From: Bryobacterales bacterium
GTDB lineage: Bacteria > Acidobacteriota > Terriglobia > Bryobacterales > Bryobacteraceae
Direction of reading: 5' to 3'
DNA: 64,000 nucleotides
Assembly (NCBI GenBank): GCA_019261985.1
Contig: JAFAQY010000106.1
Location: 22,214-86,213 of the forward strand
Shown: one piece after another, positions 44,051 to 53,557 of the stretch
How the letters are laid out: each line of letters opens with the position of its first letter
How positions within the stretch are numbered: position 1 is the first letter of the stretch
The notes under the pieces: model-generated
What the model was told of the DNA's origin: nothing
What the model saw: only the letters and a program-made list of their open reading frames with translations
Database searches by the model: none
Translations under genes and position numbers: made by a program

Positions 44051-44470
44051 TCAATGGTTTTGCGGGAATTTTTTTAGGTAAGCTCGCAGCTCATCCAGTA
44101 CCTTGCGAAAGGCGGCGAGCCGTTTTTCATCCGTTCCCTCGATTGCGGCTGGATCGTTGAAGCTGTGATGAAGGCGGACAGCCTTTCCGAAGAACACAGG
44201 ACAGCTCTCTTTCGCGTTGTCGCAGACCGTCAGCACATAGTCAAAATTTTGGCTCGCGAACTCATCAACATGCTTCGAGCGGTGGGATGTGATGTCGATG
44301 CCGACTTCCTTCATGACCGCTATCGCCTCGGGACGCACAGTGCTTGGTTTTGTTCCCGCGCTTTCCACCGTGAAGCGGTGCCCCGCGTCGTGCCGCAGCA
44401 GTCCTTCGGCCATCTGCGAACGCGCAGAATTGCCCGTGCACAGGATGAGCACCCGTTTCTTATCTTCCAT
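44051..44470 (-). CDS. arsC: Arsenate reductase, LMW-PTP/thioredoxin-coupled type
   Basis: The ORF track extends to 44623. The start is placed at MEDKKRVLILCTGNSARSQMAEG (CX5R P-loop). A CDNAKESC pair supplies the downstream cysteines. Confidence 0.85.
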   Translation of the reverse strand: MEDKKRVLILCTGNSARSQMAEGLLRHDAGHRFTVESAGTKPSTVRPEAIAVMKEVGIDITSHRSKHVDEFASQNFDYVLTVCDNAKESCPVFFGKAVRLHHSFNDPAAIEGTDEKRLAAFRKVLDELRAYLKKFPQNH

Positions 44471-45182
44471 GCGATAGCTCCTTCTCAGAGTGAGGCACCA
44501 CGACATCCTGCGCCTGTTTCGGTAGCGACGGCACCAGCCACCGGAAAAGAAACGTCGCGGCAAAAGCGCCCGCGAGCTGGGCCGCCATAAAGCCCGGAGC
44601 ATCGGCGGGACGGATACCGACAAAGGTATTCGTGAACGCCCGAGCGAGTGTCACGGCCGGATTAGCGAACGATGTGGACGCGGTGAACCAGTACGCGCCG
44701 GTAATGTATAGCCCGACAGCCAACGGAACAGCTTCCGTGCGCAGCCGCCCGCACCCCCAGATAACCGAGAGCAGCCCGAAAGTAGCGATGAACTCACTGA
44801 GGAGCTGCGAGCCGCCAGCCCTCACGTGCTGCTATACCTGTAGCACAGGCTCCGCGAACATCAGATGAGCAGCCCAAACACCGAGAATGGCGCCCACGGC
44901 TTGCGCCACGATGTAGCCCGGAACATCGCGCCATCGCATCCCGCTCTGGCTTGCATCCGCGAGCGTCACGGCCGGATTGAAATGCGCGCCGGAAATCACG
45001 CCGAAAGTAAAGATGAGCGTGACCAGCGTCGCGCCCGTCGCCAGCGTATTCGCGAGAAGCGCGATAGCGACATTACCGCCGCTCAGGCGCTCGCCCATGA
45101 CGCCAGAACCAACGACAGCCGCCAGCAGCAGCGCCGTACCAAGCAGCTCTCCCGTAAGACGGCGCGCCAGTGTCATGAGCAA
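44460..45182 (-). pseudogene. MIP/aquaglyceroporin (AqpS-like arsenite channel) interrupted by one in-frame TAG
   Basis: ORFs 44832-45182 (first NPA: HFNPAVT) and 44460-44825 (second NPA: FANPAVT) are in the same frame. They are separated only by the TAG at 44832-44834. Read-through gives ...EPVLQV*QHVRAGGSQLLSEFIATFGL. Confidence 0.7.
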
Positions 45183-46035
45183 CAGCCGGGCGCGCAGCAG
45201 ACTTCCGGCTTTTTCGCGCGAACAAAGGCACTCATGAACTTGTCTTGTACGAGCGGCGCGACCGCATCCACGTCGAGGCCTTGGCCAGTCAGAAACTGCC
45301 GCGCATCTTCGATGTTGTAAATCCGCGTGGGTTCAACGTCGATCGCATCGAACCCGGCTTTCGCCAACCGCTTAATGTAATCCGTTTCCTCAAGCGCACC
45401 CGCAATGCAGCCGACCCACAGCTCCATGCTTTTCCTGATTTCGGCCGGAACCGCTCCCCGCACGACGACATCAGAAACGGCAAATCGCCCACCCGGCTTC
45501 AGCACACGGAAGGCCTCTCTGATCACCCGGTCCTTATCGCCTGAGAGGTTGATAACGCAATTCGAAATGATGACGTCGACAGAGTTGTCATGAAGCGGGA
45601 TGTTCTCGATCTCGCCTTTGAGAAATTCGACATTCGTCAAGCCGCTCTTGCGTTTGTTCTCTTCGGCGAGCGCCAGCATTTCATTGGTCATGTCGAGCCC
45701 GTAGGCCTTCGCCGTGGGACCGACGCGCTTTGCCGAGAGGAGAACGTCGATACCGCCGCCCGAACCAAGGTCGAGCACGGTTTCACCGGCCTTCAGTTCA
45801 GCCAGCGCGGTCGGATTGCCGCAGCCGAGCGACGCGAGAAGGGCCTTTTCCGGCACGCCGCTTTTCTGCGCTTCATCGTAAAGATCCGAGGTGATGGGGT
45901 CACATGACGAAGAAGCAGCGCCTTCGCAGCAACTCGCTTTGGAGCAGCAATCCGCGGCAGTCCTTCCCCGGTACGAACACGCTTCGCCGCTTCGCCGTAT
46001 TTGTCTTGAACGATTTCCTTCACATCAGAACTCAT
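45173..46035 (-). pseudogene. arsM: Arsenite S-adenosylmethionine methyltransferase with a frameshift in a G4 run
   Basis: The ATG at 46035 has an AGGAGA ribosome-binding site and gives MSSDVKEIVQDKYGEAAKRVRTGEG. The expected continuation [70 protein letters not shown] lies in a different frame after the CCCC run at 45966-45969. Adding a single base would restore the frame. Confidence 0.75.
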
Positions 46036-46044
46036 TGGTATCTC

Positions 46045-47884
46045 CTATTTGCAGCAGAGGATTTTTTCCGGCTGCACAGCCTTGTTCCGTGTACAACATT
46101 CGGCGTAAAGGAAACCGAGAAGGTCCTGCGCCGCCTCGGTCCAAGTGCCGCCGCTCATAGGCGTGTTGTTGGAGATGCTGGCGGAAACCACTCCAGGGAG
46201 TTGTTCAATTCGATCCACAACGTCCTTAAAGAAAACCGTTAATTGCGGGGGCCGGCTGGCCCCGCGTTGCTCATTGAGACTCGCAACCAACACCCCTTCG
46301 CGTTGGAATCCGGGATCTAGAGCTTGAAGGTTCCGAAGAGTTCGAATGAACAGCCCCGCTCCCGTCACCAGCACCAGTGACAGAGCCACTTGAACGGTCA
46401 CCAGCAACGACAAAATGCGCGAGGGTGAGGGTGCCACCCGCCACTCTGGTTTAAAAGCTATTAGCTGCGTAGCGGATCCGGCTGTTTGAAGTGCCGGTAC
46501 AAGCCCAAACAGAATCGCCGAGGCAATGGATATTGCGCCGGTAAAAGCCAACACATTGGCGTTCGGAGTCAAATCGAATGCGATTTTAAAAGGTCCGCTT
46601 GAGATGACGGCGAGCAATGCCCGGCTGGCGCACACCGCCAAAACCAATCCTGATGCGGCGCCCACAAGCGCAACCAAAAGGCTTTCGGTTAAAAGCTGGC
46701 GCACGATGCGCCCCCGCTTGGCGCCGATCGCCAGCCGGATTCCAATCTCATGCTGCCGTGCCGTTCCGCGAGCCAGTAGCAGATTCGCAATGTTCGCGCA
46801 GCAAATGAGCAGAATCACCGCTACGATCGTCATTAGAACCTGCAAGGGCCGTTCGAACATTGTCCGTAGAAATGTCCACCCGGTTCCGCCCGGCTTTAAA
46901 TCCAGCCTCGCCGAGCGGATTTGATCTTGAAAGGCTTGGCAACCCCGGCGACATGGCGGCCGTAGCGATTTGGGGCCAAGCCGCGGCTAAGCGCGACTTA
47001 GCTACCGCAATCGACACGCCTTTCTGCGGGCGCGCCAGCACTCGTAGCCAGTTATTGCCGGCGCCAAGGAGCACACCGCCGTTGACGTTCATTGGGAGCA
47101 TGGCCGCGAGCGGCAGCGTGATATTGGCGACGGCTCCGACATCGGCCCCGGTGAAACCGGGTGGGCTTACCCCGGCAATGGTGACCGGGTATCCACCGAT
47201 CAATAACTTTTGTCCCAGCGCTTGTGGATCGCCTTTGAACTCGTGTTGCCAATATTCATAGCTGAGCACGGCCACTACCGGCGAGCCTGGCTGGTCGTCG
47301 TCGCGTGTTAGCAATCGCCCGGCTATGGGTTTCACGCCGAGGGTCTCATAAAAAGCTCCCGTTACCCAAGCTCCAGGAACGCGCCTTAGAGAGCCTGGCA
47401 ATCCGACGTTGAACCCGGCGCTGCTGAAGCCCGCGGCGGCCGCGAAGACCTCTTTCTGGCCGGCTAATGCTCGAACCATCGGATAACTGAAACTTTCGCG
47501 CGGAGAAGCTGCACCGGGAGTTCGTACGATTACCTGAACTAATTCCTGCGGACGGTCGACCGGCAACCAACGCAGCAGGAGCGCATCGATGAACGTAAGA
47601 ATGGCTGTATTTACGCCGATTCCAAGAGCGAGCGAGATCACCGCTGTAGCCGCGAACCCCGGGCTTTTTTGCAGCGTTCGCACCGCGTAGCGCACATCGC
47701 GCACACATTCTTCCAACCAGGTCCAACCCAACGCTTCGCGCCTACTCTCCGCAGCCAGGGTGAGGTTACCGAGTTCGCCAGGGTTTGCGATCGCCGCAAG
47801 CGATTCCAGCTCTTCACGCATTTCCCGCTCTTCGGCGCGCCGGAAAGCCGGGAGCAGATACGCCAATCTTCGCCAGAAGCTCAT
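46045..47884 (-). pseudogene. ADOP-type (acidobacterial duplicated orphan permease) MacB_PCD/FtsX permease, frameshifted and 3'-truncated
   Basis: The N-terminus MSFWRRLAYLL...VRYAVRTLQKSPGFAATAVISLALGIG is typical of ADOP proteins. The frame changes at the CCCC run at 46943-46946; removing one base joins ...AAMSPG to CQAFQDQIRSARLDLKPGGTGWTFLRTMFERPLQVLM. The protein ends about 110 aa into the second periplasmic domain, with no second FtsX domain. Confidence 0.7.
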
Positions 47885-47893
47885 ACAGACCCC

Positions 47894-48214
47894 CTACAAA
47901 GCCGGACCCATCACGCGCGAAATTGCAGTGGCAAACTCCGCCCATTTGGAATGCTCTTCCACCAGTTGCTTGCGGCCCGCGGGCGTTAAGCGGTAGTACT
48001 TCGCCCGGCGGTTGTGCTCCGAAGTCTCCCATTTTGCCGATATCCAGCCTTTGAGCTCCAGCCGCTTTAACGCCGGATAAAGCGAACCGAATTCAATGTC
48101 CAAGACCTCCTTCGATAAGCTCCGGATGGCTTTCGCGATGCCATAGCCATGCAGCGGCCCCAGAGCGAGCGTTTTCAGAACGAGCATGTCGAGCGTGCCT
48201 TGGAGCAGATCCAT
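47894..48214 (-). CDS. PadR-family transcriptional regulator (acidobacterial ADOP-associated type)
   Basis: 106-aa ORF. LDMLVLKTLALGPLHGYGIAKAI...GSLYPALKRLELKGWI is a PadR winged helix. Lies 9 nt upstream of the permease. Confidence 0.85.
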   Translation of the reverse strand: MDLLQGTLDMLVLKTLALGPLHGYGIAKAIRSLSKEVLDIEFGSLYPALKRLELKGWISAKWETSEHNRRAKYYRLTPAGRKQLVEEHSKWAEFATAISRVMGPAL

Positions 48215-48602
48215 ACGAAGACAGTCTATATAAAGACGTTCTGAATATCAAGCCTTTTTTGGGCGTGGCAAGTAGCGATTGCCGTACATGCGTCGGCAAC
48301 GTTCAGGTCAGCGAGAAGAAACCGCGCAAGGCCCAAGAGCCATGGGCATCTCGCGCGAGCCCCCACTGTTGGGACTGGGCCGCCCCCACCAGGGCTGAAT
48401 TGGAGGATTTCACGTCACCGCTCAGGCGGGCTTAAGCCTGCTCCACCATACCTCAGAGCGTGGCGCTGAAATGCTCTGTAAAACGGGTGTAACAAGCAAT
48501 GTTGTAGAATGATGTTTTAGGCGGAGGTGGGTCTTCTCGAGTAGCCTGCTCCCCAGTTTCGGACGCAGCGTAGGCCAACAGATCGGCGGCCAAAACCACG
48601 GC

Positions 48603-49406
48603 GTGGTGACCGATGGCGTGCGGCACGCCATGAGAAGGGCAGTTTGCGGTCTTCTCGACCTCCTCTTCCCGGACGAATGCAGGATCTGCGAACAGCCGCT
48701 GCACGAAATTTCTCGCATCCCGGTTTGCCTTTATTGCCTAAAACAGCCGCAAGCACTTGATGCCGAATTTTTCTGCCGGACGTGCCGCACACCATTTCTA
48801 AACCGTTATCCCCTGGATGAAACCGGCCAGTGCTCGCTGTGCCGGCTGGGGCTGAACGGTTTTGACGATGTCTATTCCGCGGGAGCCTACGAAGGAAATC
48901 TGCGCAAACTGATTCACCTTTTCAAATTCGAGGGCGTGCGGCCGCTGGCGCGGCCGCTGGGGAATTTCCTCGCGCAAGTTCTGCCTCGAGAGCAGCGTTT
49001 CGACGCGATCGTACCGATGCCCTTGCACTGGCGGCGCCGGTGGCAGCGCGGGTTTAACCAATCCGAGTTACTGGCGCGCGAAATCAGCCGGCGATGGAAC
49101 GTGCCGTTGCGCAGTCCGGTCCGCCGCAAGAAAGCCACCGTCCCGCAAGCGGGCCTGACCAGCGCACAGCGCCGTAAGAATGTCCAAGGCGCATTCGAGG
49201 TCAAGCGCGGGCCGCGCCTGGACGGGCTCAGTATTCTGTTGATCGATGATGTTCTAACGACCGGCGCAACGGCGAGCGCATGCGCACGAGCACTCAAACG
49301 CGGGGGCGCGGCGCGAGTTTCTCTGCTTACGCTGGCCCGCCGCGACCGCCGCGGGGGAATGGACGTTCAAACCAATTCTCTTGCATCCGCTGCTGGAGGT
49401 TCATGA
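48603..49406 (+). CDS. comF: ComF-family protein (double zinc ribbon plus phosphoribosyltransferase domain)
   Basis: Cysteine pairs CRIC...CLYC...CRTC...CSLC, and PRT motif LLIDDVLTTGATASA. A GTG start at 48603 or an ATG at 48630 are both possible. Confidence 0.75.
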   Translation: MVTDGVRHAMRRAVCGLLDLLFPDECRICEQPLHEISRIPVCLYCLKQPQALDAEFFCRTCRTPFLNRYPLDETGQCSLCRLGLNGFDDVYSAGAYEGNLRKLIHLFKFEGVRPLARPLGNFLAQVLPREQRFDAIVPMPLHWRRRWQRGFNQSELLAREISRRWNVPLRSPVRRKKATVPQAGLTSAQRRKNVQGAFEVKRGPRLDGLSILLIDDVLTTGATASACARALKRGGAARVSLLTLARRDRRGGMDVQTNSLASAAGGS

Positions 49407-49409
49407 GAA

Positions 49410-49943
49410 ATGATGGCTCTAAGCCAAGAACGCTTGCACCGTCCCGTACTGGTTCTCAACTCCAGTTACGAGCCGATCAATGTCTGCGCCGCGCGCCGCG
49501 CGTTGGTGCTGGTGCTTAAAGGAGTCGCCGCGGCCGAGGAGCATTCGAGCGGCCATGTGCATTCCGCGCGCCACGCCGTCCGCGTGCCGAGCGTGATTCG
49601 CCTGCTCGAGTACCGCCGCATTCCTCACCAGACTCGCGCCTTGTCGCGGAAAAATATCCTGATGCGCGACCGCTACACGTGCCAGTACTGCCATAAAACT
49701 CTTAACTCGTCCGAGCTTACTCTCGACCATGTGATTCCACGCTCCCGCGCGGGCGAGACTACGTGGGAAAATCTGGTAGCTTGCTGCCACCCCTGCAATA
49801 ACCGCAAAGGTAGCCGCACGCCGGAGGAAGCGGGCATGCGCCTGGCTCGCGCGCCCCGTCCGTTCAGCCTCCATACCAGCCGGCACCTGATGCGTCTGCT
49901 GGGCAAAAGCGACGATCAGTGGCGGAAGTATCTCTTTTACTAA
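49410..49943 (+). CDS. HNH endonuclease-family protein
   Basis: 177-aa [11 protein letters not shown]...[30 protein letters not shown] is the HNH/McrA-type motif. Starts 3 nt after comF. Confidence 0.75.
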   Translation: MMALSQERLHRPVLVLNSSYEPINVCAARRALVLVLKGVAAAEEHSSGHVHSARHAVRVPSVIRLLEYRRIPHQTRALSRKNILMRDRYTCQYCHKTLNSSELTLDHVIPRSRAGETTWENLVACCHPCNNRKGSRTPEEAGMRLARAPRPFSLHTSRHLMRLLGKSDDQWRKYLFY

Positions 49944-50048
49944 TTGCCGAAAGCGGGAGGTAAGCTCCCGAACATCGTGGGCACGCAACAAAAGCGGCGC
50001 GGCCCCGGTAGGAGTCGCGCCGCCTTTCGCTGCTGCAATGGACAAGCG

Positions 50049-50468
50049 TTATTCAGCCGCGCTGCGGGTCAGCGGCACAGCCACAGTTCGGGCCTCTTCG
50101 CTGCCCGCCGCCTTCGGGGACTTCAGTTCGTACCCGGCTTCCGAATTTCCAACCTGGATCTTCATAAGAGCACATTCATTGGCCTGGCATTTGAATTCCA
50201 GCTTGGATGGGTCCGAAGCCCGGCTTTCGCTCTGCTGGCCCATCGCGACCATGGTCTTCTTGCCGGTTGCCCGGTCTTGGAACACCCAGACCACCGGATT
50301 GGTGCTCGGGCGTACGACTTTATAATCGCCCGCCGTCAGAACGGTCTTGGAGTTGACCTTGAATGAGAAGGGGATGCTTGCGATCAGGTTGCTCTGAGCC
50401 GAAGCGGTTGCAGTAGCCGCAATCAAGGTGGCTGCCGCGGTGATTAAGTTGAATTTCAAACTGTTCAT
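50049..50468 (-). CDS. Small secreted hypothetical protein
   Basis: 139-aa ORF with a clear signal peptide (AATATASAQ), beta-rich, containing IPFSFKVNSKTVLTAGDYKV. No recognisable catalytic motif. Confidence 0.5.
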   Translation of the reverse strand: MNSLKFNLITAAATLIAATATASAQSNLIASIPFSFKVNSKTVLTAGDYKVVRPSTNPVVWVFQDRATGKKTMVAMGQQSESRASDPSKLEFKCQANECALMKIQVGNSEAGYELKSPKAAGSEEARTVAVPLTRSAAE

Positions 50469-50647
50469 TTTCGTTCTCCTCTCCGGCCTTGCGACCGTTT
50501 GTTTTCGAATGCTAAAGAGGGTGCAATCCGCGCGCCACGAACGCCGGCGAATGTAAGTGGATGAATATTCGTGCTTTGAAGCTCTCGGACGGTTCGCACG
50601 CTAACTTGCCGGTTCGCATTCCCTAACCAAACCGTTAAAGTGGAAGT

Positions 50648-51778
50648 TTGCTCTTCTTTTCAATTTGCGTCGCGTTGTTGGCGGGGTCGCTCGTCTACTC
50701 GATCCTGACGATCATTGCCGCGCGCAAATATCTCGCATCACGGCTGCCTCCGGTGCCCGCGAACCCCGAGCCGATCAGCATATTGAAGCCGCTCTCCGGT
50801 CTCGATCTGAATCTCGAAGCAAACCTGCGGACATTTTTCGACCAGGAATACCCGGGCTTTGAAATCTTGTTCGCTGTCCGGCACGACGAAGATCCCGCCG
50901 CGCGAGTAGCGGCGAAATTGATCCGGGAGTATCCGCAAATTCCGGCGCGCCTGCTGATCACAGGCGAGCCTCCGTATCCGAACGCGAAGGTTTATAGCCT
51001 TGATCGCATGTTAGCCGCGGCATCGCATGATCTTGTAGTCATGAGCGACAGCGATATTCGCGTCGGTCCGGATTTGCTGAAGATCGCGGCAGCCGAGTTT
51101 CAAGATCCGCAAGCAGGCATAGGCACATGTCCTTACCGCGCGGTAGCGGGAGACAGCTTTTGGTCGCGGCTTGAAGCCATCGGCATGAACACGGATTTCA
51201 TGGCTGGAATCCTGGTGGCGCGCATGATCGAAGGAATGCAGTTCGCGGTGGGACCGACTATCATCGCCCGGCGGCACGTGCTGGAATCGATCGGCGGGTT
51301 TAACCGTCTTAAGGACTACCTTGCGGAGGATTTCGTAATGGGGCAGTTCGCGGCGCGGGCGGGCCACGGAGTGCTCCTGTCGTCCTATGTAATCGAGCAT
51401 CACATCGGCGCTGCGGATTTCCGCCACAACGTAGCCCATCGCTTACGGTGGGTTCGAAGCACGCGCCGCTCACGGCCGCTCGGTTATTTGGGACAGATTT
51501 TTACGATGCCTTTGCCGCTCGCGATCCTCACCGTTTCTTTTAACCCGGCATGGTGGCCTCTGCTGCTCCTCACGGTGGTCCTCCGGTACGCGGCGGCATG
51601 TGCGGTTGCGGCGGGCGTACTGAGCTCGAAAGTAAATTGGACTCTGCTTCCGTTTGAGGATTTGGCTGCCTTCTGTTTCTGGGTCGCCGGCTTTTTCGGA
51701 AGCACCATCACATGGCGCGGCCGCCGCTACCGCCTGCTTGAAGATGGGCGGTTTGAGGCCCTTGATCGAAGTCATTGA
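50648..51778 (+). CDS. Membrane glycosyltransferase, family 21-like (ceramide glucosyltransferase / HpnI-like)
   Basis: 376-aa ORF with a TTG start and an N-terminal TM helix. PISILKPLSGLD...EILFAVRHDEDPA...NAKVYSL...VMSDSDIRV is typical of GT21/HpnI enzymes. C-terminal TM helices are present. Confidence 0.65.
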   Translation: MLFFSICVALLAGSLVYSILTIIAARKYLASRLPPVPANPEPISILKPLSGLDLNLEANLRTFFDQEYPGFEILFAVRHDEDPAARVAAKLIREYPQIPARLLITGEPPYPNAKVYSLDRMLAAASHDLVVMSDSDIRVGPDLLKIAAAEFQDPQAGIGTCPYRAVAGDSFWSRLEAIGMNTDFMAGILVARMIEGMQFAVGPTIIARRHVLESIGGFNRLKDYLAEDFVMGQFAARAGHGVLLSSYVIEHHIGAADFRHNVAHRLRWVRSTRRSRPLGYLGQIFTMPLPLAILTVSFNPAWWPLLLLTVVLRYAAACAVAAGVLSSKVNWTLLPFEDLAAFCFWVAGFFGSTITWRGRRYRLLEDGRFEALDRSH

Positions 51779-51787
51779 TTCCTTATA

Positions 51788-52192
51788 TCAAAGATTTGCG
51801 ATATCGAAATCTGCAATTGCCCGACTGGCCAGTGCCACCAGAGTCCACAAAAGCACGCAAATGAACCAACCAGCGCGCCCGCGGCGTAATGGCGACAATT
51901 GACATAAGATCGCAACTGGAAATAGGGCCATCTTGACTCGAAACGCCGGATTGGCCAAGTAGCGCGGCGTATCGGCGAAAAACATCGCCAGGCCCGTGAT
52001 TAGCAGCAGCAACAAGCCGGAATGCGTCCACCGCCTGAGAATTCGGCCGCTCTTCGACAATGCGGCCGTCCCTACAAACATGGCCAGCCCGGCCAAATGT
52101 AACGACTCGATGAATGGGAACAGCCACGTATTTTTCACACGTACTTTCCCGCAGTAGATTAGCAGAAACTCGCGCGAACCCGGGCACGTCAC
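51788..52192 (-). CDS. Hypothetical small membrane protein
   Basis: 134-aa ORF with 3-4 hydrophobic helices (LAGLAMFVGTAAL, LLLLLITGLAMFF, WFICVLLWTLVALA). An alternative overlapping frame, 51783-52241, is less protein-like. The start is uncertain. Confidence 0.35.
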   Translation of the reverse strand: MTCPGSREFLLIYCGKVRVKNTWLFPFIESLHLAGLAMFVGTAALSKSGRILRRWTHSGLLLLLITGLAMFFADTPRYLANPAFRVKMALFPVAILCQLSPLRRGRAGWFICVLLWTLVALASRAIADFDIANL

Positions 52193-52231
52193 ATGTAAGA
52201 TGTCCTGGTAGACTTGAATTTTGTCTGCAGT

Positions 52232-53410
52232 ATGAGGTCATACAGCTTTTTCGGAGGAGCTTTTCTTTCTTTGTGCTGCGCGACCGGAGCGCTGGTTTCG
52301 GCGCAAACGGCCCAAATCTCCCTGGGTCCTCAAACTGTGCAGCCGGACGGGATGATAACAGCGCCGGTTCTGCTTGCTTCTGAAGGTCTTCAAGTCTCGG
52401 CCGTTCAGTTCGACCTCACGTTCGACAGCACCGTGAACACCATCGCGCCGAATCCGGATTCAAGCTCCAACTCGTCGTCGAAGGGCGTGAGTAACGCGCA
52501 TACGAATGGCCCCGGAATCCGCGTGCTGCTGACCGGCATGAACCAAAATGCGATTCCCGATGGCCCACTGGCAAGCATAGTTATTGCGCCTGTTTCCTCG
52601 GGTTTCTCAGGCGTGCTTAATCTGTCGAATGCCGCGGCCAGCGATCCGAACGGGAGTGCTGTCGCAATCTCCGGGCCGGCAGCACCGCCGCCGCCCGTTT
52701 CTCTAACAATCGTCAATGCTGCAGCCCCATGTGAGGCCTCATCCACACCTTGCACGCCGGCTGGCGCCATCGCCCCGGGGGAGATCGTTTCGCTCTTCCA
52801 AAGCGGCATTTTACCGGCATCGGTCCAAACTAGCGCCCCCGATCCCAATGTGTCCGTGTCATTCAACGGAACATCCGTTGCCTTGCTCTATACCGGTCCG
52901 AATCAAATAAATGCCGTGACGCCATTTGGCTTGGCTGGACAGTCCAGCGCCGCGGTCGTGGTGTCCTATCAAGGTCAACAGGTGGCGCAGACCACGGTGA
53001 GCGTCGCGCCAAGCGCTCCGGCTGTTTTTACGGTTGATGCTTCGGGTATGGGACAAGCCGTCGTGTTCAATCAGGACGGAACGCCGAATTCTGCGTCCAA
53101 TCCCGCGGCAATCGGGTCGACCGTAAGCCTATACGCCACAGGCGCGGGGCTTTTTCAAAATCCCGCGCTGACCGACGGCGAAATCGTACCAGCCGGGTCG
53201 ACCTCCACGCCCGCGCTGAAAGTCTTCATGGTGCTCGGGGGCGGGGACGTCAACAACGTTCCCTATACTGGGCCAACCCCTGGCATGATCGCCGGCATCC
53301 TCCAGATTAAGTTCGTGATCGGCTCGAACGTGAGTCCCGGCTCCGCGGTTCCTCTGTGGGTAAACGTTGGAGGGGTCCGCAGCCCCACGGTTACGATTGC
53401 CGTGCGCTAG
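52232..53410 (+). CDS. Secreted protein with a cohesin-like N-terminal domain and a Solibacter-type uncharacterised C-terminal domain
   Basis: The ATG at 52232 gives MRSYSFFGGAFLSLCCATGALVSAQ (signal peptide). LQVSAVQFDLTFDSTV is cohesin-like. The C-terminal YTGPTPGMIAGILQIKFVIGSNVSPGSAVPLWVNVGGVRSPTVTIAVR matches the Solibacter C-terminal domain pattern (recalled as TIGR03437). Confidence 0.6.
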   Translation: MRSYSFFGGAFLSLCCATGALVSAQTAQISLGPQTVQPDGMITAPVLLASEGLQVSAVQFDLTFDSTVNTIAPNPDSSSNSSSKGVSNAHTNGPGIRVLLTGMNQNAIPDGPLASIVIAPVSSGFSGVLNLSNAAASDPNGSAVAISGPAAPPPPVSLTIVNAAAPCEASSTPCTPAGAIAPGEIVSLFQSGILPASVQTSAPDPNVSVSFNGTSVALLYTGPNQINAVTPFGLAGQSSAAVVVSYQGQQVAQTTVSVAPSAPAVFTVDASGMGQAVVFNQDGTPNSASNPAAIGSTVSLYATGAGLFQNPALTDGEIVPAGSTSTPALKVFMVLGGGDVNNVPYTGPTPGMIAGILQIKFVIGSNVSPGSAVPLWVNVGGVRSPTVTIAVR

Positions 53411-53557
53411 CCAGTCCGTGATGGCTGGGCTGTAAAGCAGACGCTCGACGCTAGCCTCATCGGCAGCGTGAGCCCCACCGTTGCGGCCAGCCTCGGGAGT
53501 ACGGATTACGACTCGGTGCGCCGGCGTTCGTAGGATCATCTAAGTAGGAGAACTGCC

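Noticed and set aside
48300-48470. SRP (4.5S) RNA-like string CAGGTCAGCGAGAAGAAACCGCG and several small hairpins in the 390-nt PadR-comF spacer.
   Set aside because: It lacks the conserved GGAA tetraloop and AGCA symmetric-loop context of SRP domain IV. No convincing extended helix could be drawn by eye. A covariance-model scan would be needed before making any call.
49419-50045. 208-aa minus-strand ORF opposite the HNH endonuclease gene.
   Set aside because: The plus-strand product has a complete HNH motif, while the antisense product has none. It is treated as a shadow ORF.
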